From: an uncultured Candidatus Nemicrothrix sp. | GTDB lineage: Bacteria > Actinomycetota > Acidimicrobiia > Acidimicrobiales > Aldehydirespiratoraceae | Length of the DNA: 64,000 bases | Direction: 5' to 3' | Assembly: GCA_964504305.1 (NCBI GenBank) | Contig: CAZDEB010000003.1 | Coordinates: 212,047-276,046, forward strand | Shown: positions 1-9,625 of the stretch, piece by piece | Position numbering within the stretch: position 1 is the stretch's first letter | How the letters are laid out: each line of letters begins with the position of its first letter | Position numbers and translations under genes: made by a program | Notes under the pieces: model-generated | Told to the model about the DNA's origin: nothing | Databases searched by the model: none | What the model saw: the letters and a program-made list of their open reading frames with translations, nothing else

Positions 1-2
1 TC

Positions 3-1400
3 TCCCACGCCATGGGAAACTCCAACGGTTCGATCGTCGACTACGTCGACGCTTTTCACGCCGAGCCGGCCCTGACCGGCGGCTTCGTTTGGGACTGGCG
101 CGACCAAGGGTTGGCCGAAACCGACAAGCACGGACGCTTCTATTGGGCTTACGGCGGTCACTTCGGCGAGCAAATCCACGACGCCAACTTCTGCATCAAC
201 GGGCTGGTCGGTCCGGATCTGACGCCTCACCCAGCCCTGCGCGAGTACATGTGGGCGGGCCGTCCTGCGGTTGTGACTCACGTTCGTGGTCGCACGATCA
301 AGGTTGACAACCGCCGGCGCTTCGGCGACCTATCGGACCTTCGACTCCGGTGGAAGCTCACCTCCGATTCTGTTGTGGTGGCTCGCGGCGAACTCGATGT
401 GCAAGTCGAGGCGATGAGTAGCCGCAACGTGACATTGCCGGCGGCGGCGGTCGCGAAGGGTGCGGGGTGTTATCTAGATGTCGAGTGGGTCACCCGTCGT
501 CGCAATGGGTGGGCCGAACGAGGTCACGTTGTTGGCTGGGACCAGATGGTGTTGCGAGACGAGCAACAAGCGGCCACCCGGCCCGCCAACCAGTTGACGG
601 CCGTGGTCGACGATCAGGGTCAGATCAGCGTGGTGGACGAACGCTTCGGCCCGCTCATCTCCGGGATCGACGCCAACCTTTGGCGTGCCCCGATCGACAA
701 CGACGGGGCTATCGGAGGATGGCTGGCCGGACTCAACAGTTTGCGGCGATCCTGGACTCGCTGGGGGCTCGACGACCTGACCGTCGAAGTCGACGAGGTT
801 CGTCGCAGCCGAGGGCGGATCCAGATAGAGCGTCGGCTACGGGGAACAGACGAGGCGGCGACGCACCGCACGGTTGTGACCCACGAAAACGGCACGGTTC
901 GGTTTCGCGAGACGATCGAGACTCCAGCGCAGTGGACTGATCTGGCCCGAGTGGGGGTGCGATTCGAGGTGACGAAAGATCTGATCGATCTGATGTGGGA
1001 TGGTCTCGGTCCGCTCGAGACGTATCCCGACCGGTGCGCTTCGGCAACGCGAGGCGAGTGGCGCTCGAGGATCACCGATCAGTTCCATCCTTATGTGGTC
1101 CCCCAGGAAACGGCCGCCCACGTCGAAACCAGATCTTTCGAGCTGCGACGCGCCGACGGAACCGGGTTGATCTTTGTCGCGTCGGGCAAGCCGCTTATTT
1201 TCAGTGCCCGGCCCTACAACGACCACGATCTGGCGGCGGCCGCCACGTGGGCCGAGCTGCCGTTGGACCCTCGAACGCAAGTAACGATCGATACCGCGAT
1301 GCGAGGTCTCGGCACCGGCATCTGTGGCCCCGACACGTTGCCGAAGTACCGGCTCGGCCCGGGTCGTTACAGCTGGGAATGGACGGTGATGGCCACTTAG
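3..1400 (+). CDS. lacZ: Beta-galactosidase (GH2), C-terminal part, 5'-truncated by window edge
   Basis: Frame is open from position 3 (SHAMGNS, the LacZ-type HAMGNS motif); GGFVWDWRDQ, FCINGLV, GLGPLETYPDR and GICGPD motifs of the GH2 small-chain domain. Confidence 0.85.
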   Translation, partial: SHAMGNSNGSIVDYVDAFHAEPALTGGFVWDWRDQGLAETDKHGRFYWAYGGHFGEQIHDANFCINGLVGPDLTPHPALREYMWAGRPAVVTHVRGRTIKVDNRRRFGDLSDLRLRWKLTSDSVVVARGELDVQVEAMSSRNVTLPAAAVAKGAGCYLDVEWVTRRRNGWAERGHVVGWDQMVLRDEQQAATRPANQLTAVVDDQGQISVVDERFGPLISGIDANLWRAPIDNDGAIGGWLAGLNSLRRSWTRWGLDDLTVEVDEVRRSRGRIQIERRLRGTDEAATHRTVVTHENGTVRFRETIETPAQWTDLARVGVRFEVTKDLIDLMWDGLGPLETYPDRCASATRGEWRSRITDQFHPYVVPQETAAHVETRSFELRRADGTGLIFVASGKPLIFSARPYNDHDLAAAATWAELPLDPRTQVTIDTAMRGLGTGICGPDTLPKYRLGPGRYSWEWTVMAT

Positions 1401-1402
1401 CC

Positions 1403-2569
1403 CTAGTGGCCGGGAGTGAGAGGGCCCGCAAGGCCCACTCGGTCGGCCGCCAGGTCGGCTTCGGTCAGCCCTACATCCAGCAGCGAGCGGGGCAGCGCCC
1501 CGGTGGTTATCAGCGAAGTGGTGGCTTGGGCCAGACCATCCGAGGTGTGGATGCCGTACCCGCCCTGCCCGACCAGCCAGAAAAAGCCTGGTCCATCGGG
1601 GGCGAACCCGGCTACCGGAGTTCGGTCGGCGGTGAACGTGCGTAGACCGGCCCATGTAGAGCGAACGTGACGGGGTTCGAGAACGGTCCATTCGGCGAGA
1701 GTCTGAAGCCCTAGAGCTACGTCGATTTCTTCGGGTTTGGCGTCGCACGGTGGCGAGGGGGTTTCGTCGGCCGGCGAGACCATGAGGCCGCCCGGTTCGG
1801 GTTTTGCGTAGCCGCTCATGGGAGCGTTGTCGGGTTCGAACGAGGTGAGCGGCCACCGCTGCGAGTCGGTGTAACTGTCGGGGATGGCGGCGATGGCGAT
1901 CGTGCGGCGCAGGGGGTGCAGTCCGACTGGAGTGATGCCGCCGAGCTCGGCCACTTGGTCGCCCCACGCCCCCGCGGCGTTTACCACCACTGGGGTGCTG
2001 AACGAAGCGTTGGGGGTTACTACGGTCCATCCGTCGCCGGTTTGCGAGAGTGCGGTGACCGGACTCGACGCCGAGATGACGCCGCCGGTCGAGCGAAACC
2101 ACCTCACCGAAACCTGATGAAGGCCCGCCACATCGATGTCCATGCCGTTGGGTTCGTGTAGCGCGGCGGCAACGTCGGGGCGCAGGATCGGTAGAAGTTC
2201 GCGAGCCTGGTCGCCATCCAAGAACTCGGTGGACGGAACCAGCTGTTGGGCGTGTTCGACCTCGGCTCTCAGGTCGTCAACGCGACCGGCCCGACCAACT
2301 TTGAGAAGTGGTCGTGGCCTCAGTATGGGCCCGTCAGCAAATTCTGGCGGCGGTGATTCGACAAAGGGGCGAGTCGCGACTGTAAGGCGGCGCACCGAAT
2401 CGTTGCCGTAGTTCTCCAAAAACTGCGCCGCCGAACGTCCGGTGGTGTGATACGCCAGCGTGGGCTCGGCCTCGAGGAGGGTCACGGACAGGCCTTCGGC
2501 GCTCAGGCGAGCGGCCGCGCTGATCCCGGCAATCCCACCCCCGATAACGACAACATCAAACGTGGGCAT
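1403..2569 (-). CDS. FAD-dependent oxidoreductase, DAO family (D-arginine dehydrogenase-like)
   Basis: N-terminal DVVVIGGGIAG dinucleotide fold, HTTGRSAA, WAGLRTFTADR and GQGGYGI motifs; TAGGCT -10 hexamer 7 nt upstream of ATG. Confidence 0.85.
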   Translation of the reverse strand: MPTFDVVVIGGGIAGISAAARLSAEGLSVTLLEAEPTLAYHTTGRSAAQFLENYGNDSVRRLTVATRPFVESPPPEFADGPILRPRPLLKVGRAGRVDDLRAEVEHAQQLVPSTEFLDGDQARELLPILRPDVAAALHEPNGMDIDVAGLHQVSVRWFRSTGGVISASSPVTALSQTGDGWTVVTPNASFSTPVVVNAAGAWGDQVAELGGITPVGLHPLRRTIAIAAIPDSYTDSQRWPLTSFEPDNAPMSGYAKPEPGGLMVSPADETPSPPCDAKPEEIDVALGLQTLAEWTVLEPRHVRSTWAGLRTFTADRTPVAGFAPDGPGFFWLVGQGGYGIHTSDGLAQATTSLITTGALPRSLLDVGLTEADLAADRVGLAGPLTPGH

Positions 2570-2646
2570 CGCCGCGAGCCTAGGTGACCATTGCGGTTGG
2601 TGCCGCGCCGTTGACTAACATCGGGCCAGCCCTTAAAGGAGATCTC

Positions 2647-3222
2647 ATGGCCGTCACCGACATCAATCCGGCGAGCTTCAAACGGATGGACGAGTCGACC
2701 GCCGAACAGTGGGCCGTGATCGGGCAGGCCACCAACGACAATCAGGGCCGGGTGGCCGATCGGCTGATCATGTTGCTCGAATCGTTGGCCGAGATAAGCG
2801 ACGGTTTCATCACCGATCAACTCACCCATTGCCTTCAGACCGCCACCATGGCCGAGCGGGCCGGAGCCGACGAAGAGATGGTTTTTGGTGCGCTGATGCA
2901 CGACGTCGGCAAGGCCATTTCGGTGCCGAACCACGGCGGTATCTCCGCGGAGATGATCCGGCCCTATGTTCGCGACGACGTGTACCAGTCGATCAAGAAC
3001 CATCAAGATTTCCAAGGCATGCACTACTACCACCACTTCGGTGTGGCGACCGATATGCGCGATCGGTTCAAGGACGAATCTTGGTTCGGCCTGTGTGAGC
3101 AGTTCACCGACGAGTGGGACCAACAAGCCTTCGACCCCGATTACGACACGCGGCCACTCGAGCATTTCGAGCCGTTGATCCGCAGCATTACTGCCCAAGC
3201 CAAGATTCCCCTTGGGGGCTAG
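2647..3222 (+). CDS. HD-domain metal-dependent enzyme (PhnZ-like)
   Basis: H...LMHDVGK...NH...NH...WD ligand pattern; ATG at 2647 preceded by AAGGAGA RBS (ORF track start 2584 is probably too long). Confidence 0.75.
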   Translation: MAVTDINPASFKRMDESTAEQWAVIGQATNDNQGRVADRLIMLLESLAEISDGFITDQLTHCLQTATMAERAGADEEMVFGALMHDVGKAISVPNHGGISAEMIRPYVRDDVYQSIKNHQDFQGMHYYHHFGVATDMRDRFKDESWFGLCEQFTDEWDQQAFDPDYDTRPLEHFEPLIRSITAQAKIPLGG

Positions 3223-4256
3223 TCGCGGATAATCGCTATCCGGCCCTCGCCGGGGCGGGCCCGACCGATCACCGATGCCATATGGCCGGTGGCGGTGAGC
3301 CGGGAGAGCACATCGAAAGCGGCGTCAGGATCGACCCCGAACACCAGGCCGCCGCTGGTTTGGGCATCGGCCAGAAGGGTCACGTCGACGTCCTCGACGC
3401 CGTCGCCGATATCGAGGCGATCCTGTATCCAGCCGAGGTTGCGGCCGGTGCCTCCCGGCACCACCCCATCGAGGGCAAGCTCGCGTGCTCCCATGATCAC
3501 CGGCACATCGTCGACCACCAACTCGAGGTTGACTCCGGATTCTTGAGCCATACGGCCGGCGTGGCCGAGCAACCCGAACCCGGTGACGTCGGTTGCTCCC
3601 TTGGCGCCATGGTCGACGGCGATTTGGGAGGCGGTTCCGTTGGTTTGAGTCATTGAAGTAACGGCCGCGGCAACGGTGACGTTGTCGGTTACCCCACGTT
3701 TGAGGGCGGTGGTGATTACCCCGATACCGAGAGGTTTGGTGAGGATCAGTACTTGTCCGGCGGTGAGTCCGGCGTTGGTGAGCATGCGGTCGGGGTGAAC
3801 TTCGCCAACGACCGCCATGCCGTACTTTGGCTCGGGATCATCGACGGTGTGACCGCCCGCCACGATAAACCCACACTCTTCGCCGATGTCTTGGCCGCCA
3901 CGCATCACGTCGGCCAGCAGATCGGTCGATAGTTCGTCGGTGTTCCAGCAAACCAGGTTGAGCGCCAGCAGGGGAGTGCCGCCCATGGCGTAAACATCAG
4001 ATACCGCGTTTGCTGCTGCGACGCGGCCCCAGTCGTAGGCGTCGTCAACCACCGGGGTGATGAAGTCGGCAGTGAAAACCAGGGCGCGTTCGGGCGACAG
4101 TCGGTAGACCGCGGCGTCGTCGCCGCTGGTGGCGCCTACCAGGAGGTTTTCGGAGTTGACAGGTGAAAGCTGGCGCACGACCTGCGCCAATTCGCCGGGG
4201 GCGAGTTTGCAGCCTCAACCGGCCCCGTGACTGAACTCGGTGAGTCGTCGTGTCAT
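3219..4256 (-). CDS. selD: Selenide, water dikinase, selenocysteine-containing (UGA codon 14)
   Basis: ATG at 4256 after AGGAGG; reads MTRRLTEFSHGAG-UGA-GCKLAPGEL in frame with the SelD ORF (DDAAVY, DFITPVVDD, ANAVSDVYAMGG, GGHT, TDVTGFGLLGH, DAQTSGGL). UGA at 4215-4217. Confidence 0.92.
4171..4189 (-). promoter_or_regulatory. Bacterial SECIS-like hairpin
   Basis: On the mRNA: UGGCGCA-GGUCG-UGCGCCA, 7-bp perfect stem with a G-rich apical loop starting 32 nt after the UGA; resembles the GCAGGUC core of the E. coli fdhF SECIS. Confidence 0.7.
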
Positions 4257-4325
4257 TGGCATCGCCTCCTTCCCGTCGCTCCGTGAGTGCGTTTCCCTCG
4301 CACCCTACGTCCTAAGGTGGCCGAC

Positions 4326-5396
4326 ATGGCAGCATCTCGCGACGTCGACCATCGGCTCCAGACCCGGATCACCAGACTCTTCGGCGTCGACTACCCGATC
4401 GTGCAAACCGGCATGGGTTGGGTGGCTGGTCCGTCGCTTGTCACCGGGACCGCCAACGCCGGCGGCTTGGGCATCCTGGCGTCGGCCACCATGACCCTCC
4501 CGGAGATGAAGTCGGCGATCGCGGCTGTCAAAGATCGCACCGAACGTCCGTTTGGCGTCAATTTGCGCACCGACTCAGCCGACGTTGCCGAGCGAGTCGA
4601 TTGTCTCATTGCCGAGGGTGTGCGGGTTGCGAGCTTCGCTCAAGCGCCCCGACCCGACATGGTCAAGAAACTCAAAGACGGCGGGCTGATTGTGGTGCCG
4701 ACGGTCGGGGCCAAGCGCCACGCCGAGAAGGTCGCCGAATGGGGCGTCGACGCGGTTCTTTGCCAAGGCGGAGAAGGAGGCGGCCACACCGGCACCGTCC
4801 CGACCAGTTTGCTGTTGCCCCAGATCCTTGACGCGGTCGATATCCCCGTCGTGGCGGCGGGCGGGTTTCACGACGGTCGAGGCCTTGCGGCGGCGCTTAG
4901 TTGGGGCGCGGACGCCATCGCCATGGGCACCCGCTTCTTGCTCACCGCCGACAGTTCGGTACCGGACCAAATCAAGTCGGCCTATCTCGCCACGCCGGTG
5001 ACCGGAACGGTGGTGTCGCGCGCTGTCGATGGGGCCCCGCAACGAGTGATCCGCACCGACATGGTCGATTCGTTGGAGAGGGCCGGTCTGTTGAGGCTGC
5101 CTCGGGCCGCCGCCAATGCTCTGCGGTTTCGCAAGCTCACCGGCACCTCGGTCGGCGCTCTTGTTCGCGAAGGGTTGGCCATGAAGAAGAGCCAGGATCT
5201 GACCTGGTCTCAGCTGGCGATGGCCGCCAACGCACCGATGCTGACGCGCGCCTCGATGGTCGAAGGCAACATCGAGGTGGGGATCTTGCCCACCGGGCAG
5301 TGCGTTGGGGTCGTCGACGATTTACCGACCTGCGAGGCGCTGATCCAACGAATTGTTGCCGAAGCAACCGCGCGGTTCGATGCCGTGTGCTCTTAG
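4326..5396 (+). CDS. ipdC: Nitronate monooxygenase/FabK-family flavoprotein, IpdC-like
   Basis: QTGMGWVAG, ANAGGLGILASATMT, QGGEGGGHTG, VAAGGF, AMGTRF motifs match my recollection of mycobacterial Rv3553/IpdC; ATG at 4326. Confidence 0.75.
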   Translation: MAASRDVDHRLQTRITRLFGVDYPIVQTGMGWVAGPSLVTGTANAGGLGILASATMTLPEMKSAIAAVKDRTERPFGVNLRTDSADVAERVDCLIAEGVRVASFAQAPRPDMVKKLKDGGLIVVPTVGAKRHAEKVAEWGVDAVLCQGGEGGGHTGTVPTSLLLPQILDAVDIPVVAAGGFHDGRGLAAALSWGADAIAMGTRFLLTADSSVPDQIKSAYLATPVTGTVVSRAVDGAPQRVIRTDMVDSLERAGLLRLPRAAANALRFRKLTGTSVGALVREGLAMKKSQDLTWSQLAMAANAPMLTRASMVEGNIEVGILPTGQCVGVVDDLPTCEALIQRIVAEATARFDAVCS

Positions 5397-5403
5397 AATC
5401 TTC

Positions 5404-5533
5404 GCGGTTCGGTAGTTAGCGAAGTCGGTGCGATTCCGACGCTGTCCCGCAACGGTGATGTTGTCTCCTCGGAGGCCACTAAGTCCGGTCGCCTTTCTGC
5501 AGAACATGAACGAACCGACCCTCGAGGACAGGG
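5404..5533 (+). promoter_or_regulatory. Cobalamin riboswitch
   Basis: GAAG-TCGG-TGCGATT-CCGA (P4), CTGTCCCGCAACGGTGA core, AAGTCCGG J6/3, and P13 CCCT-CGAGGAC-AGGG (5519-5533) whose loop is complementary to L5 GTCCCG (5444-5449); lies upstream of a Btu-type ABC operon. Confidence 0.9.
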
Positions 5534-5595
5534 GCGGCTCGTGCGTCGGACCTCCGTCGCTCGTGCCACCATCTCGAGCCACAGGAGGAAATCCG

Positions 5596-6588
5596 ATGAA
5601 GAAATTGTCCGCCCTGCTTCTGGCCTTCATGCTGCTCGCCGCGGCGTGTGGCTCAGACAGTGGCTCCACCGAAGCATCAACCGACAACGCGGCTGACGCA
5701 ACGGCCGACGCAACGGCCGACGAAACCGCGGTCGAGGAACCAGCAGCCGCGGTCGACGAACCAGCAGCTGCGGCTGACGCTGCCGCTTCCGACGAAGCCG
5801 CCGCGCCGGCGATTCCCGAACGTATCGTCTCGATCTCGCCGACCGCCACCGAGATTCTGTTCGCTATCGGCGCGGGCGACCGTGTTGTGGCCGTTGACGT
5901 TTATTCGTACTTCCCCGAAGAAGCGCCGGTCACCGAGCTTGATGGGTTCAGCCCCAACGTCGAAGCGATCGCTGCTTACGAACCGGACCTGGTTGTGATG
6001 CAAGGCAGCGGTGACGTTGCCGCGGCGCTCGAAGCCATCGGCGTCACTGTTGTTGTGCAGGGCGGCCCGGCCTCACTTGAAGACGTATACAGCCAGATCC
6101 GCGAATTGGGTGAGGCCACCGGCAACACCCAAGAAGCCATCGATCTCGAAGAGGAAATGTCGACCGAAATCGACGACTTGCTTGCCGATGCGCCGTCGGC
6201 TGACGGGCTCAGCTACTACCACGAGCTTGACAACACGCTGTACTCGATTACCAGCTCGACCTTTATCGGCGAAATTTATGCCTTGTTCGGGTTGACCAAC
6301 GTGGCCGACCCGGCCGATTCTGACGGGTCGTCGTTTGGTTACCCGCAGCTCAGTGACGAGTTCCTCGTCGACGCCGACCCCGACTTGATCTTCTTGGCCG
6401 ACACGTTGTGCTGTGCCCAGAACGCCGAAGTTGTGGCCGAACGTCCCGGGTGGGATCAGCTTTCGGCGGTAAAGAACGCCAACGTGATCGAGCTCAATGA
6501 TGACGTTGTTTCGCGCTGGGGCCCACGGCTCGTGGACTTTGTGGGTTGGATTGCCGATGCCCTTCACGGAGTCGCTGCTCAGGGTTGA
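5596..6588 (+). CDS. btuF: Cobalamin ABC transporter substrate-binding lipoprotein
   Basis: AGGAGG RBS at 5583-5588, lipobox LAAAC, RIVSISPTATEILFAIGAG, PNVEAI, SRWGPRL; downstream of B12 riboswitch. Confidence 0.85.
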   Translation: MKKLSALLLAFMLLAAACGSDSGSTEASTDNAADATADATADETAVEEPAAAVDEPAAAADAAASDEAAAPAIPERIVSISPTATEILFAIGAGDRVVAVDVYSYFPEEAPVTELDGFSPNVEAIAAYEPDLVVMQGSGDVAAALEAIGVTVVVQGGPASLEDVYSQIRELGEATGNTQEAIDLEEEMSTEIDDLLADAPSADGLSYYHELDNTLYSITSSTFIGEIYALFGLTNVADPADSDGSSFGYPQLSDEFLVDADPDLIFLADTLCCAQNAEVVAERPGWDQLSAVKNANVIELNDDVVSRWGPRLVDFVGWIADALHGVAAQG

Positions 6589-6594
6589 TGGTCG

Positions 6595-7674
6595 TTGACT
6601 GATTCGTCGTCTCGACTGTCGCCGGACCGGCCGGAGGGGTTGCCCGTGGCAACTCGTTTGTCGGCCGGCGCAGTTGGGGCGGCGTTCGGCGTCTTGGTTT
6701 TGTCGGTCTTGGCCGGGCTCACTATCGGACCGGTCGACATGGCCCCCCACCGGGTGCTTCTGCAATTGCTCGACACGGTTCCTGGTTTCGCCGTTGATTC
6801 TGGACTGTCCGACACCCATGCGGCGATCGTCGAGAAAATTCGTCTGCCACGGGTGGTGCTCGGGCTTCTGGTCGGAGCGACCTTGTCGGTCAGCGGAGCT
6901 TCTTATCAGGGGGCGTTTCGTAACCCGCTAGCGGACCCGTACCTGCTTGGCATCGCCGCTGGCGCCGGCCTGGGCGCCACCATCATGATCACCGGCGGGT
7001 TTGGCGACGGCGCGGGCATTTGGGATCCGGTGCCGCTGGCCGCGTTCGTTGGCGCTCTCGCGGCCGTAGTTATCTCTTTTGTTGCTGGCCATATCGGCGG
7101 GCGGTCGACCGCCTCGCTGATCTTGGCCGGCGTTGCCGTGGCCAGCTTTCTGACCGCATGTCAGACCTATGTGCTTCAGTCCAACAGCGACGCATTCCGA
7201 GAGGTCTACACCTGGATATTGGGCCGGATCGCGACGTCGGGTTGGGCCGAGCCGGCGCTAATGGCTCCCTACTTCGTGCTCACCGCGGTTGTGGTCCTTC
7301 GTTACGCACGGGCCCTTGACGTTTTGGCGGTGGGCGACGAGGAAGCACGGGCGCTGGGAATCAACCCCGGTCGGGTCCGCAGCATCGTTGTTGTCGCTGC
7401 TTCGCTCGGGGCCGCGGCTGCAGTATCGGTGAGCGGGCTTATCGGGTTCGTGGGCATCATCGTGCCCCACACCGTGCGTTTGGCGTTCGGAAGCAGCCAC
7501 CGCGTGTTGTTGCCGCTGAGCATCATTTTGGGTGGGGCATTCATGGTGTTGGCCGATCTCGTGGCCCGCACGCTCGTTTCTCCAGCCGAACTTCCAATCG
7601 GTGTCGTCACCGCCTTTCTCGGCGCGCCGTTCTTCATCTTGGTTCTGCGAACCAGTCGTCGCGAGGTCTGGTGA
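6595..7674 (+). CDS. btuC: FecCD/BtuC-family ABC permease
   Basis: IRLPRVVLGLLVG, FRNPLADPYLLG, GLIGFVGIIVPH, ELPIGVVTAFLGAPFF motifs; many TM segments. Confidence 0.88.
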   Translation: MTDSSSRLSPDRPEGLPVATRLSAGAVGAAFGVLVLSVLAGLTIGPVDMAPHRVLLQLLDTVPGFAVDSGLSDTHAAIVEKIRLPRVVLGLLVGATLSVSGASYQGAFRNPLADPYLLGIAAGAGLGATIMITGGFGDGAGIWDPVPLAAFVGALAAVVISFVAGHIGGRSTASLILAGVAVASFLTACQTYVLQSNSDAFREVYTWILGRIATSGWAEPALMAPYFVLTAVVVLRYARALDVLAVGDEEARALGINPGRVRSIVVVAASLGAAAAVSVSGLIGFVGIIVPHTVRLAFGSSHRVLLPLSIILGGAFMVLADLVARTLVSPAELPIGVVTAFLGAPFFILVLRTSRREVW

Positions 7675-8441
7675 TGACCGGCATTCGTCTGATCGACGTT
7701 CATGTGCAAATCGAACAGACTCCGGTCCTACGAGGGATCAACCTCGACGTCGCCCCTGGTTCGTGGTTGAATGTGATCGGCCCAAATGGTGCCGGCAAAA
7801 CCACTCTTCTTCGGGCTCTGCTCGGTCTTGTGAAGGCCACCGGTTCGGTCGAGATCGACGGGTTGGGTGATGAGCGGCCCGCCGCCAGAGCTCGAACGCT
7901 TGCTTACGTGCCCCAGACACCGCTTATCCCACCCGGGATGGGAGTAATTGACTACGTGTTGCTGGGGCGCACTCCTCACCACGGCGTGTTCGCCAACGAC
8001 AGTGCCGATGATTTGGCGATTGCCGCTGAGGTCCTCGGCCGGCTTGATCTGGTCGGGTTCGCTGATCGCGAAGTGAGGTCGCTGTCGGGCGGGGAGCGGC
8101 AGCGGGTGGTGATGGCTCGAGCGTTGGCTCAGACAACGCCGGTCTTGTTGCTCGACGAACCAACCACCGCGCTCGATCTCGGACATCAACAAGAACTTCT
8201 GGACCTGGTGGACGAACTGCGGGCCGAACGAAACCTGACCGTTATTGCGACGATGCACGACCTCACTCTGGCGGCCCGGTACGGAGACCGACTGGCTTTG
8301 CTTTCGGAGGGACAGGTGCGCAAGACGGGGTCGCCCGAACAGGTACTTACCGTCGAATCGATCGCCGAGTACTTCCGTGCCAACGTCAAAATAATTTCCG
8401 ACGTTGACGGCCCGATCATCGTTCCCACGGGTCGAACCTGA
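7671..8441 (+). CDS. btuD: ABC transporter ATP-binding subunit (BtuD/FepC-like)
   Basis: Walker A GPNGAGKTT, LSGGERQR signature, LLLDEPTT Walker B, H-loop MHDL. Confidence 0.88.
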   Translation: MMTGIRLIDVHVQIEQTPVLRGINLDVAPGSWLNVIGPNGAGKTTLLRALLGLVKATGSVEIDGLGDERPAARARTLAYVPQTPLIPPGMGVIDYVLLGRTPHHGVFANDSADDLAIAAEVLGRLDLVGFADREVRSLSGGERQRVVMARALAQTTPVLLLDEPTTALDLGHQQELLDLVDELRAERNLTVIATMHDLTLAARYGDRLALLSEGQVRKTGSPEQVLTVESIAEYFRANVKIISDVDGPIIVPTGRT

Positions 8442-8449
8442 CGAGGTAG

Positions 8450-9601
8450 TCAGCCGCCCGAGACGAGGTCTTCGGCTCCTCGGGGCAGAGCGACTTCGCC
8501 ATCACGGTCGTCGAGCCAACCCTCGGGGAGATGTACTTGTTTGGCCGATCCGTGATGGCCGCGAACCATGCGCATTCCGCCATCAGGGAACGGAAGGGTC
8601 CGGTCGAGTTCGTCAACGAGACTGCGCATCTCGTTGAGAGTTCCGAGTCGGTTCAGACGGCGTCTGATTTCGTTGCCGGTCGCAAATCCTTTGAGATACC
8701 AGCCGGTGTGCTTGCGGAAATCGCGCATGCCGCGTGACTCGCCCATCCAGGCGCACAGAAGCTCGGCGTGCTCGACCATGCCGTCGAGGACCTCGCCGAG
8801 GTCGGGGCGGGGCGCAACCGCCTGACCGTCGAACACGGCGGCCAGGTCTCTGAACAACCACGGCCGACCGAGACAACCACGACCTACGACCACGCCGTCG
8901 GCGCCCGTCTCGCGCATCATTCGCAGCGCGTCGTCGGCTTCCCAGATATCGCCGTTGCCAAATACTGGGATAGACGTGATCGCCTGATTGAGTTCGGCGA
9001 TACGGCCCCAATCGGCTTGGCCGCTATAGAGCTGGTTGGCGGTGCGGGCGTGGAGGGCAACCGCCGCGCATCCTTCGTCTTCGGCGATGCGGCCGGCGTC
9101 GAGGAAGGTTATGGAGTTGTCGTCTATGCCGACTCGGAACTTGACCGTTACCGGCACGTCGCCGGCGGAGTTGACGGCGGCCCGAACAATGGATCGGTAG
9201 TGGGTGCGCTTCCACGGCAGGGCCGCGCCGCCACCGTGGCGGGTCACCTTCTTCATTGGACACCCGAAGTTCATGTCGATGTGGTCGACAGCTTGATCAT
9301 TGACCAAGAGCCGGACTGCTTCGCCGATCGAGAACGGGTCGGTTCCGTAAAGCTGAATGCTCCGGGGCGACTCTTCGGGGGCGAACGAAGCCATCTCGAG
9401 GCTCTTGCGGTGGCCTTCGACCAGCGCTCGAGCGGTGATCATCTGGTTGACGTAGAGGCCGGCTCCGTAGCGTCGACACAGAGTGCGAAAAGGGGCGTTC
9501 GTGACGCCGGCCATCGGCGCAAGTATTACTGGTGGCCACACCGGTAGCGGTCCGATGTGGGGTACATCAAACTCGCCGGAGGCGGCGGGGGCTTCGTTCA
9601 T
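8450..9601 (-). CDS. dusB: tRNA-dihydrouridine synthase
   Basis: LAPMAGVTN, IDMNFGCP, VTVKFRVG, HART, GNGDI, GRGCLGRPWLF, FRKHTGWYLKG; TAGCCT -10 hexamer 6 nt upstream. Confidence 0.93.
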   Translation of the reverse strand: MNEAPAASGEFDVPHIGPLPVWPPVILAPMAGVTNAPFRTLCRRYGAGLYVNQMITARALVEGHRKSLEMASFAPEESPRSIQLYGTDPFSIGEAVRLLVNDQAVDHIDMNFGCPMKKVTRHGGGAALPWKRTHYRSIVRAAVNSAGDVPVTVKFRVGIDDNSITFLDAGRIAEDEGCAAVALHARTANQLYSGQADWGRIAELNQAITSIPVFGNGDIWEADDALRMMRETGADGVVVGRGCLGRPWLFRDLAAVFDGQAVAPRPDLGEVLDGMVEHAELLCAWMGESRGMRDFRKHTGWYLKGFATGNEIRRRLNRLGTLNEMRSLVDELDRTLPFPDGGMRMVRGHHGSAKQVHLPEGWLDDRDGEVALPRGAEDLVSGG

Positions 9602-9625
9602 CCATTCAGGCTACGAACGGATTGG

